Source: Bacteroidales bacterium
GTDB taxonomy: Bacteria; Bacteroidota; Bacteroidia; Bacteroidales; PWNQ01
Direction: 5' to 3'
Assembly: GCA_021738505.1 (NCBI GenBank)
Contig: JAIPBW010000001.1
Span: forward strand, 8,659 to 72,658
DNA: 64,000 bases
Translations under genes and position numbers: made by a program
In this document: in pieces, positions 47,671-57,048 of the stretch
How positions within the stretch are numbered: position 1 is the stretch's first letter
Layout of the letters: every line of letters starts with the position of its first letter
The notes under the pieces: model-generated
Seen by the model: only the letters and a program-made list of their open reading frames with translations
The model's database searches: none
Told to the model about the DNA's origin: nothing

Positions 47671-49074
47671 ATGTTTAAAAAAGAAGTTTATACTCAGCGC
47701 AGAGATATATTGCGGGAAAAAATGGACAGCGGACTGGTTCTCTTACCCGGTAATCCGGAATCACCCATGAATGCCGCTGCGAATACATTTCATTTTCGTC
47801 AGGATAGCTCATTCCTTTACTATTTTGGGCTTGATTTTCCTGATATCATTGGGATAGTTGATATTGACAATAACAAAGACTATCTTTTTGCCGATGACGT
47901 GGATCTGGATGATATTATCTGGATGGGTCCTCAGGAAACACTTAAGGAAGTAGGAGCTAAAGTAGGAGTTGAAAACACTTTTCCTTTTTGCAAAGCTGCC
48001 GATGTTTTGTCGGAGGCAATTTCTAAAGGAAGGAAAATTCATTTTCTGCCCCAATACCGCTCCGAAAATGTGATTTTAATGGAAAAGTTACTGGGCATTC
48101 ATCCCTCAAGAGTTCCTGAATATGTGTCGGAAGAACTTATAAAAGCGGTTGTAGATCAACGCTCAGCAAAAGACCATTATGAAATCGAAGAACTTGATAA
48201 GGCAGCAAATATAGGCTACCAAATGCATATAACTGCTATGCGAATGGCGAAGCCGGAAATGTATGAACGGGAGATTGCCGGAAGAATAGAAGGAATCGCT
48301 TTGTCTCATGGCGGAATGCTTTCTTTTCCTGTTATTCTTACTGTGAATGGACAAACCCTGCATAATCATTATCATGGCAATTTGATGAAAGAAGGAGATT
48401 TGATGCTAACGGATGCCGGTGCGGAAACACCGATGCATTATGCATCAGATTTTACACGTACAATTCCTGTAGGAGGCAAGTTCACACCTGAGCAAAAAGA
48501 TATTTATAACATTGTGCTTCATGCAAACAATCGTGCCTTTAAGCATATCAAACCGGGAGTTACTTATAAGGAGATTCACCTTATGGCTGCCGCCACGATT
48601 ATGGAAGGTTTGAAAGATCTTGGTATTGTAAAAGGTGATCCCAATGATGCAGTACAGCAAGGTGCGCATGCCTTATTTATGCCGCATGGCCTTGGACACA
48701 TGATGGGACTGGATGTTCATGATATGGAAGCCATAGGAGAAGATTATGTCGGCTATGATAATGAAGTCAAACGCTCTTCAGTATTCGGAATTGGTGGCCT
48801 TAGAATGGGACGCAAATTGCAACCGAATTTTGTCATTACGAATGAACCCGGGCTTTATTTTATTCCCGAGTTGATCGATCGCTGGAAATCAGAAAAGAAA
48901 TTTACAGAATTCATCAATTATGACAAAGTAGAAGCTTATAGAAACTTTGGTGGAATTCGTCTTGAAGATGATATCCTTATTACACAGGATGGTTGCCGCT
49001 TGTTAGGAGACAAACGTTTGCCAATTACTGTTGAAGATGTTGAAGCCGAGATGAAAAAAGATCCGGAAGCATAA
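47671..49074 (+). CDS. Aminopeptidase P family (M24B) protein, second paralogue
   Basis: AMP_N-like N-terminus. LTDAGAETPMHYASDFTRT, HGLGHMMGLDVHD, EPGLY and RLEDDILIT metal-ligand motifs. Confidence 0.9.
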   Translation: MFKKEVYTQRRDILREKMDSGLVLLPGNPESPMNAAANTFHFRQDSSFLYYFGLDFPDIIGIVDIDNNKDYLFADDVDLDDIIWMGPQETLKEVGAKVGVENTFPFCKAADVLSEAISKGRKIHFLPQYRSENVILMEKLLGIHPSRVPEYVSEELIKAVVDQRSAKDHYEIEELDKAANIGYQMHITAMRMAKPEMYEREIAGRIEGIALSHGGMLSFPVILTVNGQTLHNHYHGNLMKEGDLMLTDAGAETPMHYASDFTRTIPVGGKFTPEQKDIYNIVLHANNRAFKHIKPGVTYKEIHLMAAATIMEGLKDLGIVKGDPNDAVQQGAHALFMPHGLGHMMGLDVHDMEAIGEDYVGYDNEVKRSSVFGIGGLRMGRKLQPNFVITNEPGLYFIPELIDRWKSEKKFTEFINYDKVEAYRNFGGIRLEDDILITQDGCRLLGDKRLPITVEDVEAEMKKDPEA

Positions 49075-49109
49075 GCAATAAAGGCTGCCGTATCTTATAG
49101 GCAATTGAT

Positions 49110-49117
49110 TACGTTTG
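49110..49117 (+). promoter_or_regulatory. Orphan candidate -7 promoter box (TACGTTTG) 36 nt after the aminopeptidase stop
   Basis: TAnnTTTG match. There is no ORF downstream before the terminator at 49224-49253. Confidence 0.3.
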
Positions 49118-49121
49118 GAAG

Positions 49122-49253
49122 CTTTAGCTTTAAACTGCATTCATGAAATAAATATTTTATTGCTTAAATTTTATGAGAAGTGCAGCAAAAACAATAGCAC
49201 GGATAGAATCTGAAATATAGACCAAAGCCACCTCATTTGCAGGTGGCTTTTTT
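49122..49253 (+). ncRNA. Candidate small RNA of about 130 nt (alternative: long 3' UTR of the aminopeptidase gene)
   Basis: Bounded by the -7-like box at 49110-49117 and a strong intrinsic terminator. Internal stem CTGCATT...AAGTGCAG (with one G-U pair). No ORF of meaningful length. Confidence 0.3.
49224..49253 (+). terminator. Strong intrinsic terminator
   Basis: AAAGCCACCT-CATTTGC-AGGTGGCTTT is a perfect 10-bp stem running into a six-T tract. Confidence 0.8.
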
Positions 49254-49276
49254 GTAAGTGAATTATTCAAAATTGT

Positions 49277-49284
49277 TAACTTTG
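49277..49284 (+). promoter_or_regulatory. Candidate -7 promoter box (TAACTTTG) for the PSP1-gldH-PBP1A cluster, implying a ~200-nt 5' UTR
   Basis: TAnnTTTG match with a TTTG 22 nt upstream (49251-49254). 210 nt upstream of ATG 49495. Confidence 0.35.
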
Positions 49285-49413
49285 CTGATTCAATAATGAA
49301 TGAATTTTAACGTTAAAAGTCAAAAAAATATTTGAGCCAAACACTCTACCTTAGAGACAGACTCTATTTATTAGAGGTTTCAATTTGCATTAAAACAAAT
49401 TATATATATTATG

Positions 49414-49494
49414 GAGCCCCGATGGAATCGGGATGAGTTCCTCCCGCAAATATGACGGGGTAAACGTAATACTTTTTGAAGAAAAATTTATCTT
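49414..49494 (+). promoter_or_regulatory. Structured leader element (copy A) upstream of the PSP1-domain gene
   Basis: GAG CCCCG ATGGAAT CGGGA TGAGTTCC TCCCG CAAATATGA CGGGG, then 34 nt, then ATG 49495. Same two-helix architecture as copy B. Confidence 0.6.
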
Positions 49495-50730
49495 ATGAAC
49501 TACAATGATGGGAGTAATGGTCGCGAAGCTCGTGGCTGTATAAATGTTCCTAAAGCATATAAAAATATCGATCGCAAAGAGATGCATTCCACTGCCAAAA
49601 TGGATGTATACAACTGGCTGGAGGACATGCATCTTCCAATAACGAAAAAAACATTTAATATTGTTGAGGTTCGTTTTAAAAACAGCCGCAAAGGTTTTTT
49701 TATAAAACCGGATGAAATGTCGTTAACAATCGGAGACCTAGTTGCTGTAGAGGCTAATCCTGGACATGACATGGGAATCGTTAGTTTGACAGGAGATCTG
49801 GTGGCAATTCAAATGAAAAAATACGGCATCAAGGAAAATTCTGAAGAGATCAAACAGATTTACCGGCGTGCAAGGCCAACGGATATTGAAAAATGGGAAA
49901 GAGCAATAGAACTTGAGAAAGTTACGATGCTGAGAGCCCGCAAGATTGTAGAAGAGCTTGAGCTGGAAATGAAAATTAATGATGTGGAGTATCAGGGTGA
50001 TGCTACGAAAGCAATATTTTATTATACAGCTGAAGGACGTGTTGACTTTCGTCAGCTGATAAAAGACCTGGCACGCGAGTTTAGTATTCGTATTGAAATG
50101 AAACAGATTGGTGCACGTCAGGAATCTGCCAGAATTGGAGGAATTGGTTCCTGTGGCAGGGAACTCTGCTGTGCCACCTGGCTTCACGACTTTCGTTCTG
50201 TATCTACGAATGTAGCTCGCGAACAACAATTGTCTCTGAATCCACAGAAGTTAGCCGGACAATGCGGAAAATTAAAGTGCTGCCTCAACTATGAGTATGA
50301 TGTCTATGTTGATGCCCTCAAAAAGTTCCCTGCTGCTTCTGTTATACTAACAGAGAAAGGAAGAGCTTTGCATCAAAAGACAGATATTGTGAAAGAGGTT
50401 ATGTGGTTTGCTTATGATGATAATTCTGCCGTTTTAATACCTGTAGAGCTGGAAAGTGTTAATAAAATGCTGGAGATGAACCGCAATGATAAAAAACCGG
50501 CATCATTAGAAGAATTCACAAAACCCACTGAAGTTGAAGAAGAAAATGGCTATCAGAATGTTGTTGGCCAGGATGACCTAAAGCGTTTCGATAAGAAAAA
50601 AGACAAGAAGAAAGATAATGGTAAAAGATATGGCGGGAAAGGCCATAATAAAAACAAAAATAATGCCGGAGAACAAAAACCCAAAGGGCGTAAAAAAAAT
50701 ATTAAACGTAAAAATGATAATAAACAATAA
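49495..50730 (+). CDS. PSP1-domain protein (RicT/YaaT-like) with Lys-rich C-terminal tail
   Basis: PSP1-like core (…VEVRFKNSRKGFFIKP…GDLVAVEANPGHDMGIV…), Cys cluster GGIGSCGRELCCATWL…CGKLKCCLNYE, and tail KKKDKKKDNGKRYGGKGHNKNKNN…. Confidence 0.85.
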   Translation: MNYNDGSNGREARGCINVPKAYKNIDRKEMHSTAKMDVYNWLEDMHLPITKKTFNIVEVRFKNSRKGFFIKPDEMSLTIGDLVAVEANPGHDMGIVSLTGDLVAIQMKKYGIKENSEEIKQIYRRARPTDIEKWERAIELEKVTMLRARKIVEELELEMKINDVEYQGDATKAIFYYTAEGRVDFRQLIKDLAREFSIRIEMKQIGARQESARIGGIGSCGRELCCATWLHDFRSVSTNVAREQQLSLNPQKLAGQCGKLKCCLNYEYDVYVDALKKFPAASVILTEKGRALHQKTDIVKEVMWFAYDDNSAVLIPVELESVNKMLEMNRNDKKPASLEEFTKPTEVEEENGYQNVVGQDDLKRFDKKKDKKKDNGKRYGGKGHNKNKNNAGEQKPKGRKKNIKRKNDNKQ

Positions 50731-50838
50731 TATCATTTAGTTTTATCTATCATGACCATACTTATTGTATGGCTCGTATTTGATACAAGTCTCCTGAATT
50801 AATAAAGTTACATGGACAGGCTTTAAACATTATGTTTT

Positions 50839-51315
50839 ATGAAGTATATACTATTTGTTGGATTCTTTGCAGTTACTACGCTTATTTTTTGGGGGTGTGG
50901 TGAAAATTATTTTTATGCTAAAAGTGAAACTATAGAAGAGCAATCCTGGCCAAAAGATAAAGTAAAAGGATTTGGTTTTTCTGTTGAGGATACAACATCA
51001 TCCTTTAATTTTATTGTTAATGTCAGGAATACAACTGATTATCAATACCGGAATTTATATGTGTTTATGAACACGATTTATCCTGACAATACAAGTAGCC
51101 GTGATACGATGGAACTGATACTGGCGGCTCCTTCCGGTCGGTGGCTGGGAAAAGGCAGTGGTTTTTACCGGGACAATCTTTTTATGTTCAAGAAAAATGT
51201 ACATTTACCATTGAAAGGAGAGTACCGGATGGAATTTATCCAGGCTATGCGCACGGATACTTTGAAAGGTATTGATGAGATTGGTTTACGAATACAAAAA
51301 AATGATAGTCAATAA
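50839..51315 (+). CDS. gldH: Gliding-motility lipoprotein GldH
   Basis: 158 aa with lipobox FWGC. …NVRNTTDYQYRNLYVFMNT…ELILAAPSGRWLGKGSG… matches the GldH family pattern. The PSP1-gldH-PBP1A order is the context described for Flavobacterium johnsoniae gldH. Confidence 0.75.
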   Translation: MKYILFVGFFAVTTLIFWGCGENYFYAKSETIEEQSWPKDKVKGFGFSVEDTTSSFNFIVNVRNTTDYQYRNLYVFMNTIYPDNTSSRDTMELILAAPSGRWLGKGSGFYRDNLFMFKKNVHLPLKGEYRMEFIQAMRTDTLKGIDEIGLRIQKNDSQ

Positions 51316-51329
51316 TTATAATCCATATC

Positions 51330-53600
51330 ATGGGAAATCAAAGTACGAAAAATGAAACGAAAAAGCAAAAGCCAGATTTTAAGGGTTTTCTGCGAACTCT
51401 GTGGATAATTTATTTCGCTGGCGTTCTTGTTGTTTTCCTTTTCTTTTTTATGATCAGCAAGGGCTGGTTAGGATTTATGCCAACCTTTGAAGAACTGGAA
51501 AATCCGAAAAGCAATCTTGCTTCTGAGGTTTATAGTGCTGATGATGTACTTTTAGGGAAGTATTACTATGAAAATCGTTCGAATATTGATTATGATGATA
51601 TCCCCGAGAACCTAATAAATGCATTGCTGGCTACTGAAGATATTCGTTTTCATAAGCATCCGGGTATTGATCTAAAAGGAACAATTGCCGGAGTTATTTC
51701 TACGCTACGTGGAGAGCAGCGTGGAGCAAGTACAATTACCCAGCAGCTGGCTAAAAATCTTTTCCCCCGAGGTCAGAATCTGTCAACGTTTGACATTATC
51801 ATGCGAAAATTTAAAGAGTGGGTTGTGGCTGTTCGTCTGGAATATAATTACAGTAAGGAAGAAATTATTGCAATGTACCTGAATACGGTGCCTTTTGGGG
51901 GAAACTCCTATGGACTAAAGTCAGCAGCCAAAACATACTATGATAAAAAACCCATTGAGCTAAATACCGAAGAAGCAGCTATGTTGGTGGGAATGTTGAA
52001 AGCACCTACAAGATATAGCCCGGTTCGTAATCCAAAGCTGGCCAAAAACAGGCGGGAGGTAGTACTGCATCAAATGGAAAAATATGACTATATCGAAGAT
52101 CAGACGTATGACTCATTGCGTCAATCTTCATTAAACATGTCGCAATATGAGATCGCCGATCATAATTATGGATTAGCTACTTATTTTCGCGAGCAACTTC
52201 GATTAAATCTCCATGATTGGTGTAAACAACATAAAAAAGCCAATGGAGAACCCTATGATTTGTATAAAGACGGCTTGAAAATATATACCACTTTAGACTC
52301 TGAAATTCAACGAAAAGCGGAGAAAGCAGTGCGCAAGCATTTGGGAGAAGAGCTGCAACCTTTGTTCTTTAAGCTTCAGAAAAACCGGAAAAAAGCACCT
52401 TTCACTGGCGTTAGCCAGCAAACGATAGATCAAATAATGACGCGTGCTATGAAGCGAAGTGACCGTTATTATTGGTTAGATCACAGGGGAGTTTCACAAG
52501 ATAGTATAACAAAAATATTTAATACACCTACGGAAATGACGGTGTTTAGTTATGATGGAGAAAAAGACACTGTGATGACTCCTATGGATTCTATCCGCTA
52601 TTATAAGCATTTCCTGCAGGCAGGTTTAATGTCTGTGAACCCCAAGACAGGGCATGTGAAGGCCTATGTAGGCGGAATTAACTATAAGCATTTTAAATTT
52701 GATCATGTAGTTTCCAGCCGGCGTCAGGTGGGCTCTACTTTCAAACCATTTGTTTATGCTTTAGCCCTTGAAGAATTGGGATATCATCCTTGTAAGAAAG
52801 TTCCCAATGTACCGGTTACTTTTGAACTGCCAGACGGAAATACATGGACTCCTCAAAATGCAGGGGATGAAAGGGAAGGAGAAATGGTTACCTTGAAATA
52901 TGCACTGGCAAATTCCATTAACTATATCTCAGCTTATTTGATGAAAAGAATGTCACCCCAGGGCGTTATTAATTTGGCCAGAAAAATGGGTATTACTTCC
53001 CCGATAGATCCTGTGCCTGCAATAGCTCTTGGAACTCCCGACTTATCAGTTTATGAACTGGTCGGCGCTTTATCCACATTTGCCAACCAGGGCGTTCATA
53101 TTGAACCCATGTTTATCACTCGTATTGAAGATAAAAATGGAAATGTTATCGAGTCTTTTATACCCGATCAAAATGAAGCGATGAGTAGAGAGGCTGCTTA
53201 CCGGATGATAGAGCTTTTAAAAGGAGTTGTTGATCATGGAACAGGTCGCAGGCTTAGGTTTAGGTATAATTTTGAAAATCCTATTGCCGGTAAAACAGGA
53301 ACAACAGATAATAACTCTGATGGTTGGTTTATTGGGCTTACCCCGGATCTGGTAACAGGCGTGTGGGTTGGTGGCGAAGACAGAAGTGTCCATTTCCGGA
53401 GAACGTATTATGGTCAGGGAGCAAATACGGGGCTGCCAATATGGGCCATTTTAATGAAAAGTTTGTATGAAAGCCCGACAGTTAGCATATCCAAAGAAGA
53501 TTTTGAAAAACCCCGCACGGTAAATACAACCTTTGATTGTAATAAATACCATGAACAAAAACAACAAGACAATCAAATGTTTGGCCCGGGGGGCTTCTAA
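51330..53600 (+). CDS. Class A penicillin-binding protein (PBP1A-type transglycosylase/transpeptidase)
   Basis: GT51 motifs (EDIRFHKHPGID, RGASTITQQLAKN). Transpeptidase motifs STFK, SIN (…NSINY…) and KTGTT. N-terminal membrane anchor. Confidence 0.93.
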   Translation: MGNQSTKNETKKQKPDFKGFLRTLWIIYFAGVLVVFLFFFMISKGWLGFMPTFEELENPKSNLASEVYSADDVLLGKYYYENRSNIDYDDIPENLINALLATEDIRFHKHPGIDLKGTIAGVISTLRGEQRGASTITQQLAKNLFPRGQNLSTFDIIMRKFKEWVVAVRLEYNYSKEEIIAMYLNTVPFGGNSYGLKSAAKTYYDKKPIELNTEEAAMLVGMLKAPTRYSPVRNPKLAKNRREVVLHQMEKYDYIEDQTYDSLRQSSLNMSQYEIADHNYGLATYFREQLRLNLHDWCKQHKKANGEPYDLYKDGLKIYTTLDSEIQRKAEKAVRKHLGEELQPLFFKLQKNRKKAPFTGVSQQTIDQIMTRAMKRSDRYYWLDHRGVSQDSITKIFNTPTEMTVFSYDGEKDTVMTPMDSIRYYKHFLQAGLMSVNPKTGHVKAYVGGINYKHFKFDHVVSSRRQVGSTFKPFVYALALEELGYHPCKKVPNVPVTFELPDGNTWTPQNAGDEREGEMVTLKYALANSINYISAYLMKRMSPQGVINLARKMGITSPIDPVPAIALGTPDLSVYELVGALSTFANQGVHIEPMFITRIEDKNGNVIESFIPDQNEAMSREAAYRMIELLKGVVDHGTGRRLRFRYNFENPIAGKTGTTDNNSDGWFIGLTPDLVTGVWVGGEDRSVHFRRTYYGQGANTGLPIWAILMKSLYESPTVSISKEDFEKPRTVNTTFDCNKYHEQKQQDNQMFGPGGF

Positions 53601-53726
53601 TAGATGATGGGCTGATTATCCTGTCCTGTCTGAGGTTTAGAGTTTTTGTTTGTTGGTATCTATTTAGAAACAATCAAAATAGCTTTATTTAGAACCCTAC
53701 TAATTCGTTTTATTCCGTATTTATTT

Positions 53727-53734
53727 TAGTTTTG
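53727..53734 (+). promoter_or_regulatory. Candidate -7 promoter box (TAGTTTTG)
   Basis: TAnnTTTG match 80 nt upstream of ATG 53815. Confidence 0.35.
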
Positions 53735-53814
53735 TGAAGTTACACCTGGAGAGGTAAGCGTATAAATATTTCTAATGTCTTTGATCTTCAAAGCGGTCTA
53801 TAATTTATTGCCTT

Positions 53815-56800
53815 ATGTATAAAATAAATGAACATCCAATATTAGATATTCCGGATTCAAAACGAGTAACTTTTTATTATAATGGAAAAAAAGTAGTTGG
53901 CGAAAAAGGATTTACAATTGCTGCCGCTCTGCATCAGGCAGGATTTCCTGTCCATAGCCATAGTCTCCAAAACCGCAACAGAAGCTTAGAGTGTGGTATT
54001 GGGAAATGTGGTGCCTGTGAAATGTTAGTCGATGGTGAAATAAAACGGATTTGCATCACTAAATTAGATGGTGTAAAAGAAGTAACAGAAGTTCCTGAGA
54101 ATTATTATCCTCAAAAAAAGCCGCCTCAACAGCAGGATCCTTATGATGTTTACAAGACACAAGTAGCAATCATCGGAGCAGGCCCTGCAGGCCTGGCAGC
54201 CAGGGAGGAATTGTCAAAACAGGGGATCGATAATATTGTCATAGATAATAATGAACAGATCGGCGGACAATTTATAATGCAAACCCATCAATTTTTCTTT
54301 TTCGAAAAGGAAAGAATGTATGGTGGTATGCGTGGGTTTGATATTGCTAAAACATTAGCGGGAGATTCCCATGAAGGTATTTTTCTTAATAGTACCGTTT
54401 GGGATATTTTGGAAGGGAAAAGAGTAGCTGTAAAGAATCTTAAAACCGAAAAAATCTATTATGTGGATGCCCAGCATTTGATTATTGCTACTGGTGCTAT
54501 TCCATTTATGCCTGCCTTTGAAAATGATGATGTCCCCGGAGTATATACTGCAGCCGTAGTTCAGAAAATGATGAATAATGAATTCACTTTACTGGGCAAA
54601 AACGTGCTCACAGTTGGTGCCGGAAATATTGGTTATTTGACTTCCTATCAGCTAATGCAGGCGGGAGCTAATGTAAAAGCTATTGTTGAAGCGATGCCTG
54701 AAGAAGGTGGTTTTCCGGTACAGGCAAACCGCGTACGACGACTGGGAATTCCGGTTATGCTCAATCACATGCTTATTAAAGCGATTCCAAACGAGAACAA
54801 AGATGGTATTGCTGGTGCTGTTGTTGCGGAATCGGAAAACTTTAAGATAATTCCGGGAACTGAAAAAGAAATAAGGGGTATTGATGCCATTAATATTTGT
54901 ACTGGTTTGGTTTCCGATGATCAATTATTAACAAAAGGCAAAGAAGTATTTGGACGCAATGTGCATGGAGCCGGTGATGCCATAAGAATTGGAGAAGGGA
55001 CAAGCGCAGTACTGCGAGGTAAGCAAGTGGCTTACGAGATTATGGAAGAAATGCAGCAGCGGTATGATTATAAAGAGTATCTGAAAGTATCCAAAGAATA
55101 TCTGGACTCTCAACAAGAACCGGAACAGATATTAGAATCACCTTATATGCCTTCGCAACAGCGAATGGAAGAAAAACCATTTGTGTTAATAGATTGCCTG
55201 CATGGATTTGCCTGTAACCCTTGTGCTTTTGCATGTCCTTACGGAGCTATAACCAAATCCTCTACGAGTACGGTACCACAAATCGATTTTGATAAATGTA
55301 TCGGCTGTATGAAGTGTATATCCCAATGTCCAGGATTGGCTATTTTTGGATATGATTTTAAGAAAGACCGGCTTTTTATGCCTGTGGAATTTTTTGAAGA
55401 AGAAGGAAAAGATGTATTCCTTGTTGATAATAATGGGGCACAACTAGGCGAGGGATATATTGAAAAGATACTCAAAAAACCGAATAAAACCGATGTTGTT
55501 CGCATAAAATCAAAAGATATTCACGGGAAAGCTTTAACAGATGTTCGTGGGTTTATCACAAAAGAAAACTATCCGGAACCTCTGGATATAAAACAGGCCA
55601 GGTATAAGTCGGAATCACCTCATTATATATGCCATTGTGATGATGTTACAATGGATGAGATTCTGGATGTGATTGGGGACCGAAAATTTATATCAGTAGA
55701 TGAAATAAAGCATACTACTCGTTTAGGGATGGGAGCCTGCCGTGGAAAACGCTGTATCAAAAGATTAAAGACAGCTATTGGTACTTCAGGTATTAACATC
55801 GTAGGTGATGCAACGCCACGTGGTCCAATGTCTAATCCTCTGCATATGGGAGAATTGTATCCCAAGACGGCTCATGAGAAAATTCACCCGCCCATAAATA
55901 AACAACCTCGTAAAGTTGTGAAAGTGGGAGCTCTGGTAGCTGGTGGAGGAATAGGAGGGAGTGCTGTTTTTCGCTACCTGGCTGAAGAAGGAATGAAACC
56001 GGTATTGATAAACTATGACCATGGCTCTTCTTGGAGAAATATTGCAGGCGGAAGACCAAACTTTAGCTTACCTGAGCTCAGCGAAATTGCCCATGCTAAC
56101 AGGGAAATATTTCAGGAACTTCAAAGCATCAGCAATATAGATTACAGAGACATTAATTATGTGACAATGGCTCATGATGAGGCAACTTACCAGACTTTGG
56201 AGAAATCAATGGAATGGTCGGATGCTAAAATGATTGAACCGAAGGATTTTCGCAAATATATCTCGCCTTATATGAATCCCAAACTGGATAAATATAAGGC
56301 TGCTCTTGTTACCAACGATTGTTGGCAATCTACACCCGGCAAAGTTCTGGATCTGATCAGAACATTGGGAATTCAAAAAGGAGGAGAAGTCAAGGAGGAT
56401 TGTAAACTTATAGATCTTCAGAAAGATGGTAAGGAATACAAAGCTTTGGTGAAAGATCATAATGGTGAATATATTGAATACCAAACAGAAACCTTTATAA
56501 ATGCTCTCGGACCTAATGGTCATAAATTTACAGATAGTCAGGGGATTGAAACCGGATTGTTTCCGGTGAAACACCAGGCATTTATTACACGCAGGATGCC
56601 TTGGATGGGCGTTGATAACAAACCATTACCAATGATCATTGATCGCCGGAAATATAAAGGGTTTGTTGCTGTTTATGGCCAGCAATTAGCCGATACAGGG
56701 CAGGTTATTGGTTGTGCTTCTCCACAAATTGAACCTAATGAAACAGGAAAAAATCTTAAAGTCAATTCTTTGGACTTTCTGAATATTGTTTCTGAAATTT

Positions 56801-57048
56801 TTGTAGACTGGTTACCCGATTTGTCCTCTGTTGGCTTTCAGGCTGTTTGGGCCGGATACTATACAGAACCCAAAATGATTATTGACCCCGAGCAAGGTCT
56901 GTTTTTAGGCTTGCGGGGGCAAGGTTATATGTTAGGGCAATACCTTGCTAAGCTGTATGTGGATAAACTTATGGGAAAACAATATCCGGAATACTTTGAT
57001 CGGCTGGCACTCAATGGAGATGGACTGTTAGAAAAAGCCTTTAAATAG
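53815..57048 (+). CDS. 1077-aa multidomain flavo-iron-sulfur oxidoreductase: 2Fe-2S, FAD/NAD(P) pyridine-nucleotide-disulfide fold, 2x[4Fe-4S] ferredoxin, BFD-like 2Fe-2S, DAO-type FAD oxidase
   Basis: Cys60/65/68/80 (ECGIGKCGACEM…IC). AIIGAGPAGLAA and VGAGNIGY dinucleotide folds. CNPCAFACP and CIGCMKCISQCP. CHCDDVTMDEI…GACRGKRC. LVAGGGIGGSAV followed by a ~380-aa DAO-like domain. Confidence 0.8.
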   Translation: MYKINEHPILDIPDSKRVTFYYNGKKVVGEKGFTIAAALHQAGFPVHSHSLQNRNRSLECGIGKCGACEMLVDGEIKRICITKLDGVKEVTEVPENYYPQKKPPQQQDPYDVYKTQVAIIGAGPAGLAAREELSKQGIDNIVIDNNEQIGGQFIMQTHQFFFFEKERMYGGMRGFDIAKTLAGDSHEGIFLNSTVWDILEGKRVAVKNLKTEKIYYVDAQHLIIATGAIPFMPAFENDDVPGVYTAAVVQKMMNNEFTLLGKNVLTVGAGNIGYLTSYQLMQAGANVKAIVEAMPEEGGFPVQANRVRRLGIPVMLNHMLIKAIPNENKDGIAGAVVAESENFKIIPGTEKEIRGIDAINICTGLVSDDQLLTKGKEVFGRNVHGAGDAIRIGEGTSAVLRGKQVAYEIMEEMQQRYDYKEYLKVSKEYLDSQQEPEQILESPYMPSQQRMEEKPFVLIDCLHGFACNPCAFACPYGAITKSSTSTVPQIDFDKCIGCMKCISQCPGLAIFGYDFKKDRLFMPVEFFEEEGKDVFLVDNNGAQLGEGYIEKILKKPNKTDVVRIKSKDIHGKALTDVRGFITKENYPEPLDIKQARYKSESPHYICHCDDVTMDEILDVIGDRKFISVDEIKHTTRLGMGACRGKRCIKRLKTAIGTSGINIVGDATPRGPMSNPLHMGELYPKTAHEKIHPPINKQPRKVVKVGALVAGGGIGGSAVFRYLAEEGMKPVLINYDHGSSWRNIAGGRPNFSLPELSEIAHANREIFQELQSISNIDYRDINYVTMAHDEATYQTLEKSMEWSDAKMIEPKDFRKYISPYMNPKLDKYKAALVTNDCWQSTPGKVLDLIRTLGIQKGGEVKEDCKLIDLQKDGKEYKALVKDHNGEYIEYQTETFINALGPNGHKFTDSQGIETGLFPVKHQAFITRRMPWMGVDNKPLPMIIDRRKYKGFVAVYGQQLADTGQVIGCASPQIEPNETGKNLKVNSLDFLNIVSEIFVDWLPDLSSVGFQAVWAGYYTEPKMIIDPEQGLFLGLRGQGYMLGQYLAKLYVDKLMGKQYPEYFDRLALNGDGLLEKAFK

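Noticed and set aside
41091-49074. Two M24B aminopeptidase genes and two AI-2E permease genes in the window as evidence of a recent segmental duplication flanking sdhCAB
   Set aside because: The paralogues are highly diverged in sequence and length (431 vs 467 aa; 364 vs 380 aa) and their flanks share no nucleotide similarity that I can see. They are ancient paralogues, not a duplication event.
49411-49455. 14-codon ORF (MEPRWNRDEFLPQI) overlapping leader element copy A as a regulatory leader peptide
   Set aside because: Copy B has no ATG and has an in-frame stop at the equivalent position. The conservation between copies is explained by RNA pairing, not by coding.
49738-50229. Long antisense ORFs inside confident genes (for example 49738-50229, 12273-12734, 1256-1591, 1985-2305, 14350-14769, 56206-56574, 62648-63022)
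   Set aside because: All lie opposite strongly supported genes, have low-complexity or hydrophobic junk-like translations without motifs, and are typical shadow ORFs of AT-rich coding sequence.
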